This document shows positions 41,130-50,966 of a stretch of 64,000 bases of DNA, piece by piece. Position 1 is the first letter of the stretch. Every line of letters starts with the position of its first letter. The position numbers were made by a program, and so were the translations under genes. Under the pieces are notes generated by a model. The model did no database searches and was not told the origin of the DNA. It saw only the letters and a program-made list of their open reading frames with translations. The DNA is from a virus, in IMG/VR virus record IMGVR_UViG_3300037325_000203; one strand, 5' to 3'.

Positions 41130-43268
41130 TTAAATTTTCTCCTGTTTATCTATCATACTAATATAATTCACAATTTCATGCACCTCTGCATGTTTTAAGT
41201 ATTGCAGTAAAGGGTACTTTCTGCTAAGTGCCATCTTCATATCTTCTATGTCTTTCCTCACTTTATCTGCTGTAACAAGGTTGCCGTACTTATTGCATAA
41301 TTCAATAAGGTGTGTGACATCTGTGCTAATTCTTGGTGTTTTTCCAAATTTTTCGAAATACTTAGAATAATCGGACGTCACATCTAAATTTTTTGCTACC
41401 TGTGAGTTATTATACACAGCTAACTCTGCAGAGTCAAGTACATCACTTAATACCAGAGATGCAATATGGGACTCGCCGATCTTCGCTGTCTCTTCTCTTA
41501 GCTTATCTTCTATCCACACCCAATTACTTAATTTGACCATCTCCGCTATACGACTTTTTCGTACACCGTATACCACAATATTTTCAATAGCAGGGACGCC
41601 GGAGTTGGCCATGTTATATCGTAATTCGTAGATACCGACAAACTGTGTCCCATCTTGCAATACAGGTGCAGCGTTACTCAGTGCTACATAGTAGTAAGTT
41701 TTAGAGCTATCTATTTCCCCGTTAATCGGCACCCATGTGTATCTGGCGTTGGGGGGGGTGTAAAACCGAATATCGGGTTTTTCAATGCAAACAGTAATTC
41801 CTTGATTAGACATCACTGTTCTGACCTTCTCTTTTACCTTTAAAGAACTGGCTTTCTCGACCACTAATGGATTATGGAGATCCAGCAACAGAGCATCATA
41901 CGCCAACTGTCGTGCTACCTCATCCACTTTGCCGTTTACCTTCGGAGTGTATGTAACACAATATACAGTCTTCGATGAGATGCCGTAATGGAATCTAGCT
42001 CGCGCTATACAACCTGTCTTCAAGTCGTTAAGTACAAAAACAGCATTCTCTTGAATAGGTATTTCAATAGAAAGAATATGCTTCCCGGACACATATCTGT
42101 TTGTCTCCTTTACTGTATACGTCGTTCCGTAACTGACACGGAATACCTTGATCTCCAGTCCTTTTGCTTTGAGATCTGCTACAGTCATAGCAAAGTTATA
42201 TCCCCGATTGTAACAAGAGTTGTCAAATAATGTAAATTTAGTATCATCGACATATTTCAATACAGCGGCTTTATACACACTCTGCCTGAATGTCGATGAC
42301 AAATACATCGACCTGTCCCAGTCGTGGGTTATCAAGTCTGCTTTAGCAGCAATGTGAGTTGCTAAATTAGCATTAAGAAGTTCTAACTTCTTCTTGATAC
42401 TATCCATAGTCAGCCGTACAAAACTAAGCTCTTCTCTGGATGCAGCAAAATCTAATTCGCCAATATCAAATTCCAATATCAGATTCTCTTTTAAAAGATT
42501 AGTAAGCCTACCAAAGTGTTCTTCTGCACCGGGAATTTTTTCACTTAGTGGATAGGCAATATTGCCCATAATTGCCACAGCGCCTTGATTACTTAATCCA
42601 ATATGTACACCCGGGGCAATGTCCTTTTCCTGATACTTTGGGATAGTATGTGTGAAACCGACGCCGGTGATTGTCGGGCGGTCCGTAAACCATTTGAATA
42701 CCGTATGGGCTTCTTCAATGAACCTAGTATAATCATATCGATCAGTCACGCTAAACTTAACTTCGACTCCATTTCCTTCGTCTGTAAGCTGTTCGCTCAT
42801 TTCGGCCACACATGGTATGCCTGCCTGATTGATGAATGCACTGTATATACGCTGGATACCATTCTTAATTGCTGTAATAGTAAAATTTTCCGTATAGCTG
42901 AATGGTGATTTTGACCCAAGGCCGAGTGCTCCGATGTAATCGTTGGAGTCTGTTTTAGTAGACTCAAAATAAGTCGTGTAAATATTAACGACTTGATCTC
43001 CACTCAGGCCGATTCCATAATCTCGAACCGAAAACCATGGCTCCATCGTAGATGGCAGATGTACTTCAAATGGGACTCCTTTTTTACCGGCTGCCATGTG
43101 ACTGTCTATTGCATTGCATGATAGTTCTCGGATGATTGCCCGAATTTTGTTCGAATATAGCCCGTCCGAAAGAATTTTAAAAGCCTTTGCAGAATTTCGA
43201 ATCTTGAATTCTCCGGTGGCACCGGTATTTGATAGTACTACCTCATTAACTGCTACGTCTAACTTCAT
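41130..43268 (-). CDS. rIIA: RIIA-like protein (N-terminal GHKL ATPase)
   Basis: LYSNKIRAIIRELSCNAIDSH, VRDYGIGL and GALGLGSKSPF motifs. Confidence 0.92.
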   Translation of the reverse strand: MKLDVAVNEVVLSNTGATGEFKIRNSAKAFKILSDGLYSNKIRAIIRELSCNAIDSHMAAGKKGVPFEVHLPSTMEPWFSVRDYGIGLSGDQVVNIYTTYFESTKTDSNDYIGALGLGSKSPFSYTENFTITAIKNGIQRIYSAFINQAGIPCVAEMSEQLTDEGNGVEVKFSVTDRYDYTRFIEEAHTVFKWFTDRPTITGVGFTHTIPKYQEKDIAPGVHIGLSNQGAVAIMGNIAYPLSEKIPGAEEHFGRLTNLLKENLILEFDIGELDFAASREELSFVRLTMDSIKKKLELLNANLATHIAAKADLITHDWDRSMYLSSTFRQSVYKAAVLKYVDDTKFTLFDNSCYNRGYNFAMTVADLKAKGLEIKVFRVSYGTTYTVKETNRYVSGKHILSIEIPIQENAVFVLNDLKTGCIARARFHYGISSKTVYCVTYTPKVNGKVDEVARQLAYDALLLDLHNPLVVEKASSLKVKEKVRTVMSNQGITVCIEKPDIRFYTPPNARYTWVPINGEIDSSKTYYYVALSNAAPVLQDGTQFVGIYELRYNMANSGVPAIENIVVYGVRKSRIAEMVKLSNWVWIEDKLREETAKIGESHIASLVLSDVLDSAELAVYNNSQVAKNLDVTSDYSKYFEKFGKTPRISTDVTHLIELCNKYGNLVTADKVRKDIEDMKMALSRKYPLLQYLKHAEVHEIVNYISMIDKQEKI

Positions 43269-43421
43269 TGTGTGTTTTCCCCTATATACGTATATTTTAC
43301 GTTAGGTGTTAATCTGTGTCAACTGGTTAAAATGATAAATAGTGAATCAATGAGGAATATGTCCTTGTTGGATAACGTAGATCCCCGAAAGGGAGTAACT
43401 ATTCATTAAGGAAAATATATT

Positions 43422-44072
43422 ATGGGGCGTCCAATTCAGAGAAAATGGTTCGGTGTAGCAGCGGCTGCCGGAGCACAAATTATAGTTAACGGAGTCAAAT
43501 GGGCAGATGGTACAACAGCTACCAGTGCATACATTGTTAAGCAAACAGGCGATCGTGCATATGTTGTGAGCAATGGTTCGAAGGCAGAAATCTGCTTTTT
43601 GGTAAATGCAGCAACAGTGGGGGCATTAAGTGCCAACCAATGTTTTATCCTATGTACACCGTTTGGTGGGACATCGATTCCATGTGAGAAAATTGCACAA
43701 TACAGACTAAGTACGTATGCTGCTGACGGTACTGTCGATAGCTACCGTTGGTCAGCAATTCCTGCTGGCGCAATAGGGCAAGCAGACCTTATTACAGCAG
43801 CAGAAGCCGGATTCCCAGTTAATACTTTGGCTCCGGCAGTAACACCAACCTCCGGTACCGGAGCAACATTGCTTACTACAACAACAGGTTCATGGACAGG
43901 AAATCCTACCATCACATTCTCTCGTCAGTGGACGTTGGGTGGTGTGGACATTGTAGCTGCTACATCGGCAACCTACACAACCGCAGTAGCCGGTACATAT
44001 GCGTGTGTGATCACTGCATCGAACGCAAGTGGTTCGACAGTTGCGATATCCAACAACGCAGTTATTGCTTAA
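43422..44072 (+). CDS. Putative virion surface protein with a C-terminal Ig-like domain
   Basis: MGRP start, A/T-rich, PVNTLAP...TGSWTG...YACVITASN; GATAAATA (~43335) and AAGGA SD upstream. Confidence 0.75.
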   Translation: MGRPIQRKWFGVAAAAGAQIIVNGVKWADGTTATSAYIVKQTGDRAYVVSNGSKAEICFLVNAATVGALSANQCFILCTPFGGTSIPCEKIAQYRLSTYAADGTVDSYRWSAIPAGAIGQADLITAAEAGFPVNTLAPAVTPTSGTGATLLTTTTGSWTGNPTITFSRQWTLGGVDIVAATSATYTTAVAGTYACVITASNASGSTVAISNNAVIA

Positions 44073-44088
44073 ACGATACAAAAGTCGT

Positions 44089-44119
44089 GAAAAAGGGTGC
44101 ATTTATGCACCCTTTTTTA
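44089..44119. terminator. Bidirectional intrinsic terminator
   Basis: aaaaagggtgca-ttta-tgcaccctttttt between convergent units. Confidence 0.8.
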
Positions 44120-44120
44120 T

Positions 44121-44195
44121 TGGTACCCTTAGCAGGAATCTAACCTGCACTTATCCTTTAGGAGAGGATTGTAATGTACATTTTACTATAAGGGC
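44121..44195 (-). tRNA. tRNA-Arg(CCT), atypical D and T loops
   Basis: Cloverleaf with anticodon arm ATCCT-CTCCTAA-AGGAT and encoded CCA; T loop is TTAGATT and the D loop lacks GG. Confidence 0.7.
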
Positions 44196-44227
44196 GCTGG
44201 TTTAAATGAATAATTGATATTTAAATT

Positions 44228-45514
44228 TTAATCAGAGTCGCGTATAATCCTATTAGGATTGGTCAGTATAAAATCACCCCGCTCCTGCCCCACAGTCAAT
44301 CCCCAAGTGGGCAATAATCTTTGTACCATTTTAGTATACAATGATCTCCGTGATGGTTCTTCGGCACTAAATTCAAGTGTACTGATTGCACTATGCGATT
44401 TAATAAATTCTCGCAATATATCGACTATCGTTGCCATTACAATAGCTGAATTTCCGATACCAGTAATTTTATACCCATCATATCCTTTGCCGGCCGCTTG
44501 AAACAAAACTTTCCATTCTTCTGAATAGTAATCGTCGGCGCTTGCAAAAAATATATAATCTTGTCCCTTAACAACAAAATGAGCGATGGCTAAGCCGAAT
44601 TTATTTTGTTCCCATTCCCAGGGAACTGATTTATTTGTAAAGAGTTCATTTATTTGTGACTTGTTAATCTGACTTTCATTCGATAGCATAGGATTAGTTA
44701 ACGTAAAATGTAAGCCGTCTGGGCTTTTATTAAAAGTCCAATCTGGCAACAATCGTTTTATCATTCTTGTATATAATGCGTTACGTGATTCTTCTTTTGC
44801 AGTAAATCCTAAGGTTTCGATATTGGGATGACTTTTAAGAAAATCCTTCATAATGTCTACTATCGTAGACATCACTGTGGCAGCATTTCCGGTACCTGTG
44901 AGCCCAAATCCGTTATTTCGTCTAGTGGCAGATCTGAATTCTGCTTCCCAAGATACCGTGTCATCCGAGTAAGCATAAAACCTATATGTTTCATCTCCCA
45001 CTGTAAAATCTGTTACGGCTTCTTCGGACCCATTGAACGACCACTCCCACGGGACAACACTATTTTTAAATAATTCAGTTATCTTTCTAATTCGGGCTTC
45101 GTCTACTCGATCGGGATGAGTTATTGTAAAAATAGCATTATCTTCACTTTTTTCAACTTTCCACGTAGGTAATAATCGATTTATCATTTTGGCATATAGT
45201 GACCTGCGAGACGACTCGTATGCGCTAAATTGTAGTTTTGTAGCGGTAGTATACAAGCGTAAAAAGTCTCGCATTATGTCTACAATAGTCGACATTACTG
45301 TTGCGGAACTACCTAGGCCGTTGATATTATATTGTGTGTCGTCTTGCTCCCCACTAAGTGCTGAAAAACTAATATACCATATTCCATCTACATGGCGTGC
45401 AACAAGCTCGTATGGTTCTCCGCTGATCTTGAATTCAGCAGTGGCTGCTGTGCCGCTTTTTTGTGCCCATGACCAAGGAATGTTGGTGTTAGTAAATAAT
45501 TCAGTTAGTCGCAT
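44228..45514 (-). CDS. Protein with three tandem copies of a ~140-aa domain
   Basis: Three ELF..PW.W...G.G....VM.TIVDI...FSA.E.SR..LY.KM..RLLP.W units. Confidence 0.85.
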   Translation of the reverse strand: MRLTELFTNTNIPWSWAQKSGTAATAEFKISGEPYELVARHVDGIWYISFSALSGEQDDTQYNINGLGSSATVMSTIVDIMRDFLRLYTTATKLQFSAYESSRRSLYAKMINRLLPTWKVEKSEDNAIFTITHPDRVDEARIRKITELFKNSVVPWEWSFNGSEEAVTDFTVGDETYRFYAYSDDTVSWEAEFRSATRRNNGFGLTGTGNAATVMSTIVDIMKDFLKSHPNIETLGFTAKEESRNALYTRMIKRLLPDWTFNKSPDGLHFTLTNPMLSNESQINKSQINELFTNKSVPWEWEQNKFGLAIAHFVVKGQDYIFFASADDYYSEEWKVLFQAAGKGYDGYKITGIGNSAIVMATIVDILREFIKSHSAISTLEFSAEEPSRRSLYTKMVQRLLPTWGLTVGQERGDFILTNPNRIIRDSD

Positions 45515-45527
45515 ATCATTACTCTAG

Positions 45528-45968
45528 TTATTTGTATCCACGGTAACTCGCATCGACCCTAGGTGCTGTGAGAGTAAACTCCGATCCTAGATTTATAGTT
45601 TCCATTTTCCAGGTAGGCAATAGACGACGAACCATTTTGGCATACAGGGACCGTCTGGATGGTTCGTCGGCACTAAACTCTATGGATTCGATTTCAGGGC
45701 GAGATGATAAAAAGTTTCGCATTATGTCGACAACAGTGGACATAACGGTAGCAGAGCTGCCTGTGCCAGTTATTCCGACTCGTACGTTGTAATACCCGTC
45801 AACGGCAAAAAATTGGATATTCCATTTCCTCAACGCATCTTCTACTTCATATGCAACGAACTTATAATTAGTGTCGTTGACAACAAAGCTAGTCGAAGCT
45901 TTAGATATTGTATCTTTTTCCCACTGCCAAGGCGCTGCGCCTTGTCTGAATAGTTCGTCAATTCTCAT
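45528..45968 (-). CDS. Single-domain paralog of 44228-45514
   Basis: Same motif set; MRIDELF start. Confidence 0.85.
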   Translation of the reverse strand: MRIDELFRQGAAPWQWEKDTISKASTSFVVNDTNYKFVAYEVEDALRKWNIQFFAVDGYYNVRVGITGTGSSATVMSTVVDIMRNFLSSRPEIESIEFSADEPSRRSLYAKMVRRLLPTWKMETINLGSEFTLTAPRVDASYRGYK

Positions 45969-45992
45969 AATTATAATAAAACACGATGCCTG

Positions 45993-46427
45993 TCAAGGCT
46001 CTGACTCAATGACTGAAGGGTGAAACAATTTAAAATTTTTGCCAGATTTATCTTTTACCAATTTCCATGTTGGTAACAATCTCTGCACCATATGAGTATA
46101 CAGTCTGTTGCGGGAGAACTCCTTAGCAGAAAATGTCAATACTAAAATGTCGGGCTTCTTCTTTAGAAAATCTCGTGTAATGTCAACCACAGTAGTCATT
46201 ACCATTGCGGCGTTACCAGTTCCGGTTACTTCATACCGGTTATGGAGAAATTCTGAATTATTGACTCGAAACTCGAGTTCCCACTCGACCGGATCTCTCA
46301 CAGTGTAATACGAATAGAATGAGTATTCTATATCTCCAACCATGAATTTGGCTTCTGCATCTGTGGCACTTATATAATACCACTTCCATGGTACAGGAGT
46401 ATTTGTGAATAATTCAACTAATTTCAT
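45993..46427 (-). CDS. Single-domain paralog of 44228-45514
   Basis: Same motif set; MKLVELF start just after ATAAATA. Confidence 0.85.
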   Translation of the reverse strand: MKLVELFTNTPVPWKWYYISATDAEAKFMVGDIEYSFYSYYTVRDPVEWELEFRVNNSEFLHNRYEVTGTGNAAMVMTTVVDITRDFLKKKPDILVLTFSAKEFSRNRLYTHMVQRLLPTWKLVKDKSGKNFKLFHPSVIESEP

Positions 46428-46498
46428 TACTTATTTATCAGAAATTAGTATTTTTCTTTAGACGACATTAATGTACTGACTATTCTAATATTATTCGA

Positions 46499-46587
46499 TG
46501 GAGGAAAATAACGGAATCGAACCGTTCCCTGTTTTCACAAAGAGTCGAACTTTCCAAGTTCGTTGCGACCCAGTCGCACTATCTTCC
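46499..46587 (-). tRNA. tRNA-Ser(GGA)
   Basis: Anticodon arm CGAAC-TTGGAAA-GTTCG, long variable arm, TTCGATT T loop, CCA. Confidence 0.85.
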
Positions 46588-46615
46588 AATGCGCTATGTA
46601 TCAAAGAACACACAT

Positions 46616-46855
46616 TCAGAGTTTTATTAATTCTTTCTCTAATCCCGAGTATCCGCCTAACACAAGTTGCCCGTCTATAAAAATCTGAGGTACCGCCCTG
46701 ACTTTATTCCCAATCCGGGTTTCTAATAGTCGCATATTAGATGTTTTGTCTATATCTACGTATTCATATTGCAGAAGCTTTATCTTACATAATTCAACAG
46801 CCTTTTTGCAATACCCGCACCAGTCGGCACCATAGATTTCGATTTTCATAGACAT
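46616..46855 (-). CDS. Glutaredoxin
   Basis: CGYC active site; VPQIFIDG and GGY motifs. Confidence 0.92.
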   Translation of the reverse strand: MSMKIEIYGADWCGYCKKAVELCKIKLLQYEYVDIDKTSNMRLLETRIGNKVRAVPQIFIDGQLVLGGYSGLEKELIKL

Positions 46856-46924
46856 TTGCTCCTTAGAACATTACTTATCGAAGTTAGTCTATATCCGACA
46901 TTATAGCGAATTAGACTAGCTGTG

Positions 46925-47137
46925 TTACTCGATAATTGACATGAATTCCAATTTCCCATCCGGATATTCGAATATCCCAATTGCCTCTGCTTTCCTGTTA
47001 AAAAATGGATTCCTCTTAGGGGATTCGTCAATCTTCATTACGATAACATTCTTACGATATGTTTCTGTTATCTTTATAATCGTGCCTTTAAACCCATAGA
47101 ATGTTATCTTACCACCCTCGCTAAAAAATGATTTCAT
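46925..47137 (-). CDS. Small hypothetical protein
   Basis: 70-aa ORF in gene order. Confidence 0.55.
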   Translation of the reverse strand: MKSFFSEGGKITFYGFKGTIIKITETYRKNVIVMKIDESPKRNPFFNRKAEAIGIFEYPDGKLEFMSIIE

Positions 47138-47142
47138 GTTAG

Positions 47143-47670
47143 TTAAAATGTGCTTAACACTAAATGTATTCTTGTTGTTTTTCCGGAGTTAACAAATGTA
47201 TGTCGGTTTCTTGTATCAGTGAAATATAAATACCCATCTGCGGGTATATGAACTGCCAGCCTCTCACTACTAAATAAAAAAACACAATCATCGTTTGTTT
47301 CTATTGCCATATGATATCTTGTCAGTACATCTTTATGGGTGGTATATACAAATTGAGGTCCCATTGTCATAATTCTTAAACGACAAATATTCATATGCTT
47401 TGATAAATCCATATACATATTGTGCAGTTCGGTATTGACAAACTTTTTGTTAAATATGCAAAACCTTTTATCGGGATGCAACTGGGTGTTATGTTTTGTG
47501 ACATTTACTGCACCAGCCGACTCAAACACCTTATCAGCTTCCGTAACAGCAGATTCGGAATGCATTAGCCCTATTTGTTGCGGGTTATCATAATCATTTA
47601 GCATCTTTAAGACCTCGGCCCTGATCAAAGGTAGGTTGTACTGAAAATTTGTTTTGTGTAGTAAATCCAT
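47143..47670 (-). CDS. 2OG-Fe(II) oxygenase / Asp-Asn hydroxylase-like cupin
   Basis: RLRIM...HKD...RYHMAI...HTFVN...RIHLV: HxD...H facial triad. Confidence 0.7.
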   Translation of the reverse strand: MDLLHKTNFQYNLPLIRAEVLKMLNDYDNPQQIGLMHSESAVTEADKVFESAGAVNVTKHNTQLHPDKRFCIFNKKFVNTELHNMYMDLSKHMNICRLRIMTMGPQFVYTTHKDVLTRYHMAIETNDDCVFLFSSERLAVHIPADGYLYFTDTRNRHTFVNSGKTTRIHLVLSTF

Positions 47671-47700
47671 ATGTTTGCGTTATTGTTATATAAATAGTTA

Positions 47701-48141
47701 GTGTACTTTGAATACTTAGATTTGCCTGCTATACCCGTTGCATTAATTGAAGCTGATTCCACTGGTATTGAACTACGGGAAAATATTTTTAGAAACCCAG
47801 AATATAAATTTTACAAGCAATACCGTGTATCGGAAGATATTACCGATTTCCTAAAAACAATATTTACCTATAATTTTCATGCCTCTTATCAAGTCATTAG
47901 ATCCGGAATTAGCATACATAAAGACGGAGGCAGGACCAATGCAATAAATTACATTCTATCCCAGGGCGGAGATAATGCATCTTTAAATATTTATGATGAT
48001 GACAAAAGAAGTATATTACATAGAGAAATTATCAAAAAACATAAATGGCACCAAATAGATGTTAGTAAGTTTCATAACGTCACAAATATAACCGGGGTTA
48101 GAATGTCTGTGACGGTTGTTAAGATCCACGATATTAGATAA
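47701..48141 (+). CDS. 2OG-Fe(II) oxygenase-like protein
   Basis: IHKDGGR...WHQIDVSKFHNV...R; TATAAATA upstream. Confidence 0.6.
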   Translation: MYFEYLDLPAIPVALIEADSTGIELRENIFRNPEYKFYKQYRVSEDITDFLKTIFTYNFHASYQVIRSGISIHKDGGRTNAINYILSQGGDNASLNIYDDDKRSILHREIIKKHKWHQIDVSKFHNVTNITGVRMSVTVVKIHDIR

Positions 48142-48147
48142 TTTTAT

Positions 48148-48396
48148 CTACTTTACCTTAATCCTACTTGCTGCAATCATTAATTCTGCAATTCTTGCTG
48201 CCTCATCATCTGCATAAATCCCATTACGTTTCTTTAATGCTAACAGTTGTTCTTTTATCCATAATGGAAAATGAGTACCTGTTAGGCTATTGATATCATC
48301 CTCAGAATATTCGTCGATGTTATCCAATATTTCCTGCAATGCAGGTTTTTTCTTCATCTTCTTAAAAAATTTGTCAGGGTTATAAAAGCTTCGCAT
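48148..48396 (-). CDS. Hypothetical protein
   Basis: 82 aa; ATAAATA upstream. Confidence 0.55.
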   Translation of the reverse strand: MRSFYNPDKFFKKMKKKPALQEILDNIDEYSEDDINSLTGTHFPLWIKEQLLALKKRNGIYADDEAARIAELMIAASRIKVK

Positions 48397-48472
48397 AATT
48401 ATGTGTTCCGATACAAGTATTTATCATTGTATAAATACTATTATAATTATATTACGGGACAACAAACAACTC

Positions 48473-49870
48473 ATGAGACATATTATTTTCCTAAACGGAA
48501 TTTGGCCAAATAGTCATCTGGCAATACCAAAGCAATACACTCGCTCTATAGGACCTTATCAACTAAAACACTGGTTAAGCCATTTTGGATTCAGTTGCCA
48601 GGTTATCGACTATTGTCAGTTGCTAACACATAAGGAAATAGTCGAGTATGTGTCAAAATTTCTATCTGCAGATACTATAGCAATTGGCGTGTCGACTACA
48701 TTCTGGCCAACTTCTGTCAAAATACCCAATAATATAAAAGTTGCCATTGAGCACATAAAATCCGAATGGCCGAATATAAAAATTATATCGGGCGGGGCAA
48801 GGACAGTGGATATGCCAACATTATTCGATAAACATTTTTCAGGTGAATCAGAGAATGGATTAGTGGCATGGTGTCAGTCGCATGTTAAAAAATCATCTCT
48901 CTTAAATAAAAAATTTGATATAACAAAAAACAGCCACCGGTTCGATTACAGAGATGCAATAATGCCCAGTGAGGCGCTGCCTATTGAACTAGGGCGTGGG
49001 TGCATATTTAAGTGCAAATTTTGTTCACATCATAATCTTGGTAAACCTAAATTTACATACCAGCGTCAGTTCGAGTATATATTAGATGAAATAGAATATA
49101 ACAAAAAATGTTTTAATACAGACAAGTACATGCTGCTGGATGACACAGTAAATGAAGATCTAGACAAGCTCAGGAATCTTGCAAATACAAAAAAAAGTCT
49201 CGGATTTGATATCGAGTGGACTGGGTATTTAAGAGCGGACCTTGTCTGGGCAAAACCAGAAAGTGTCGATTTGTTAGCTCAGAGTGGGTTGAGGAGTTGC
49301 TTCTTTGGTATCGAAACTTTTAATAAAACTGCAGGTAAGTCCATTGATAAGGGCTGGGCGTCAAAGCATGGTAAGGAATATATACCAAAACTTTATACCG
49401 AATTGTGGAATAAAAAGATAAACATTCATCTCAACTTTATTGCAGGATTACCCGGTGAATCTCTCATCACACTACAGGACTCATTAGAATGGTGTAAGAT
49501 TCACGATATAGGATATCATAGATTTGTTCCACTAACATTATACGTTGAGAAGCAAGATAAGTTTGCTTCTTCCGAATTTACTAGAAATTATAAAGATCAT
49601 GGATATACGAATGTAAATGAAACCACTGGCTACTGGGAATCAACAGAAATGACATTACCTGAAGCTACTTTATTTTGTAAAAATTCCGAACGGTCGCTTA
49701 CAACTGTAAACAGAGTCTCATCGTGGGACGTCTTCTCAATGAGTAATTTAGGATTTACTACCGATGAAGTAATGCAATGGAATTCCACTAAGTACATGTG
49801 GGCCATTTTTAGCAATAGATTAAAATTTAAAAATCTATATCTGGAACAACTAAGTAATATTCCAGATTAA
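48473..49870 (+). CDS. B12-binding-type radical SAM protein
   Basis: N-terminal cobalamin-like domain (IGVSTTF, IISGG); GRGCIFKCKFC (CxxxCxxC); FFGIETF and FIAGLPGE motifs. Confidence 0.85.
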   Translation: MRHIIFLNGIWPNSHLAIPKQYTRSIGPYQLKHWLSHFGFSCQVIDYCQLLTHKEIVEYVSKFLSADTIAIGVSTTFWPTSVKIPNNIKVAIEHIKSEWPNIKIISGGARTVDMPTLFDKHFSGESENGLVAWCQSHVKKSSLLNKKFDITKNSHRFDYRDAIMPSEALPIELGRGCIFKCKFCSHHNLGKPKFTYQRQFEYILDEIEYNKKCFNTDKYMLLDDTVNEDLDKLRNLANTKKSLGFDIEWTGYLRADLVWAKPESVDLLAQSGLRSCFFGIETFNKTAGKSIDKGWASKHGKEYIPKLYTELWNKKINIHLNFIAGLPGESLITLQDSLEWCKIHDIGYHRFVPLTLYVEKQDKFASSEFTRNYKDHGYTNVNETTGYWESTEMTLPEATLFCKNSERSLTTVNRVSSWDVFSMSNLGFTTDEVMQWNSTKYMWAIFSNRLKFKNLYLEQLSNIPD

Positions 49871-49983
49871 CGTCTAATTTTTTAGTGTCATATTCAAAGA
49901 GATATGCGCCGTTACTGCATATAACGAAGTTAATTCGGTGTGTAGCCTGTTTGTGTGAGTAATGCCTCGAGTGTATACATATT

Positions 49984-50058
49984 TGGTGCATCCTGTAGGA
50001 ATTGAACCTACTGCCCTCACGATGTCAACGTAATGCTCTGCCAATGAGCTAAGGATGC
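49984..50058 (-). tRNA. tRNA-Val(GAC)
   Basis: Canonical cloverleaf, TTGACAT anticodon loop, CCA. Confidence 0.92.
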
Positions 50059-50059
50059 G

Positions 50060-50290
50060 TTATTTTATTCTAGTTGCAGGATAATTATTCTTTATCTTTT
50101 GATGGTAGTATCTACCAATAGACGGCGCCTTAGTCCACTGCTCGAATGTTGCGCGTGTTATTCCCGAAAATGTAAATCTTCTACCATTTGACAAACTCAT
50201 TGTCAACAACTTATTAGCTCGACTATATCTTAAGTCAGTAATCCACGTAGATTCAACCGGCTTTTCGTTTAATAGTTCAGATACTCTCAT
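50060..50290 (-). CDS. KTSC-domain protein
   Basis: VESTWITDLRY...L...NG..F.F.G...F.....APSIGRYYHQKIK. Confidence 0.85.
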   Translation of the reverse strand: MRVSELLNEKPVESTWITDLRYSRANKLLTMSLSNGRRFTFSGITRATFEQWTKAPSIGRYYHQKIKNNYPATRIK

Positions 50291-50759
50291 GCCTCACATA
50301 CTCGACAAATTTATAATTATACAGCTCATTATGACCATCCACTAAACTATTTATCTTCCAAGTTGCCAAATCTATTGTAGGGAAAAATGTGTCTGCGTTA
50401 GTGTTTGCATCCACATGAGTAATAACTAATTTATCAGCAAGGTCGATAGTTTGCGCATATATTGATGCACCACCTATCACTACTATTTCCGGGAAACAAT
50501 GCTCGACGGACAAAGCGTCTTTAATACTGCCGGCGTGAACTGCCATAGTGCCCTGATACTTTGTGTGAGATATTACAATGCATTTTCTGCCTGGGAGGGA
50601 CTTACTACTAACAATGGCAAACGTATTGATTCCCATCACAATGATTTTTTCCATTGTGTAGGATTTAAAATGCCTCATGTCATCGGGTATATGCCATAAT
50701 AGTTTATTTCTGTTCCCGATTTCGTTGTTGCGGCCAACTGTAGCGATTAATGTTATCAA
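50277..50759 (-). CDS. Dihydrofolate reductase
   Basis: IGNRNKLLWHIPDDMRHFK, LPGRKCIVIS, VIGGASIY and ADTFFP motifs. Confidence 0.93.
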   Translation of the reverse strand: MITLIATVGRNNEIGNRNKLLWHIPDDMRHFKSYTMEKIIVMGINTFAIVSSKSLPGRKCIVISHTKYQGTMAVHAGSIKDALSVEHCFPEIVVIGGASIYAQTIDLADKLVITHVDANTNADTFFPTIDLATWKINSLVDGHNELYNYKFVEYVRHESI

Positions 50760-50769
50760 GTGTTTATCC

Positions 50770-50859
50770 TGGAGGAAGATAACAGAATCGAACCGTTACC
50801 GTTTCGTCGACGATGAAACGGTTTTCAAGACCGTGTACATTCTATAGGGCCTATCTTCC
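50770..50859 (-). tRNA. tRNA-Ser(TGA), degenerate D arm
   Basis: Anticodon arm ACGGT-CTTGAAA-ACCGT, long variable arm, TTCGATT, CCA; the D arm pairs poorly. Confidence 0.7.
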
Positions 50860-50893
50860 GATTTTATGGTAGGAACGGAGGTAGAGTATATTG

Positions 50894-50966
50894 AGCGGCG
50901 TAACGGGTTCGAACCGTTGACAGTCAGATTGGAAATCTGAAGCTCTACCAACTGAGCTAACGCCGC
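50894..50966 (-). tRNA. tRNA-Gly(TCC) with no encoded CCA, inside a 24-bp inverted repeat
   Basis: Canonical cloverleaf with TCAGA-TTTCCAA-TCTGA; followed by CAA rather than CCA. Confidence 0.88.
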
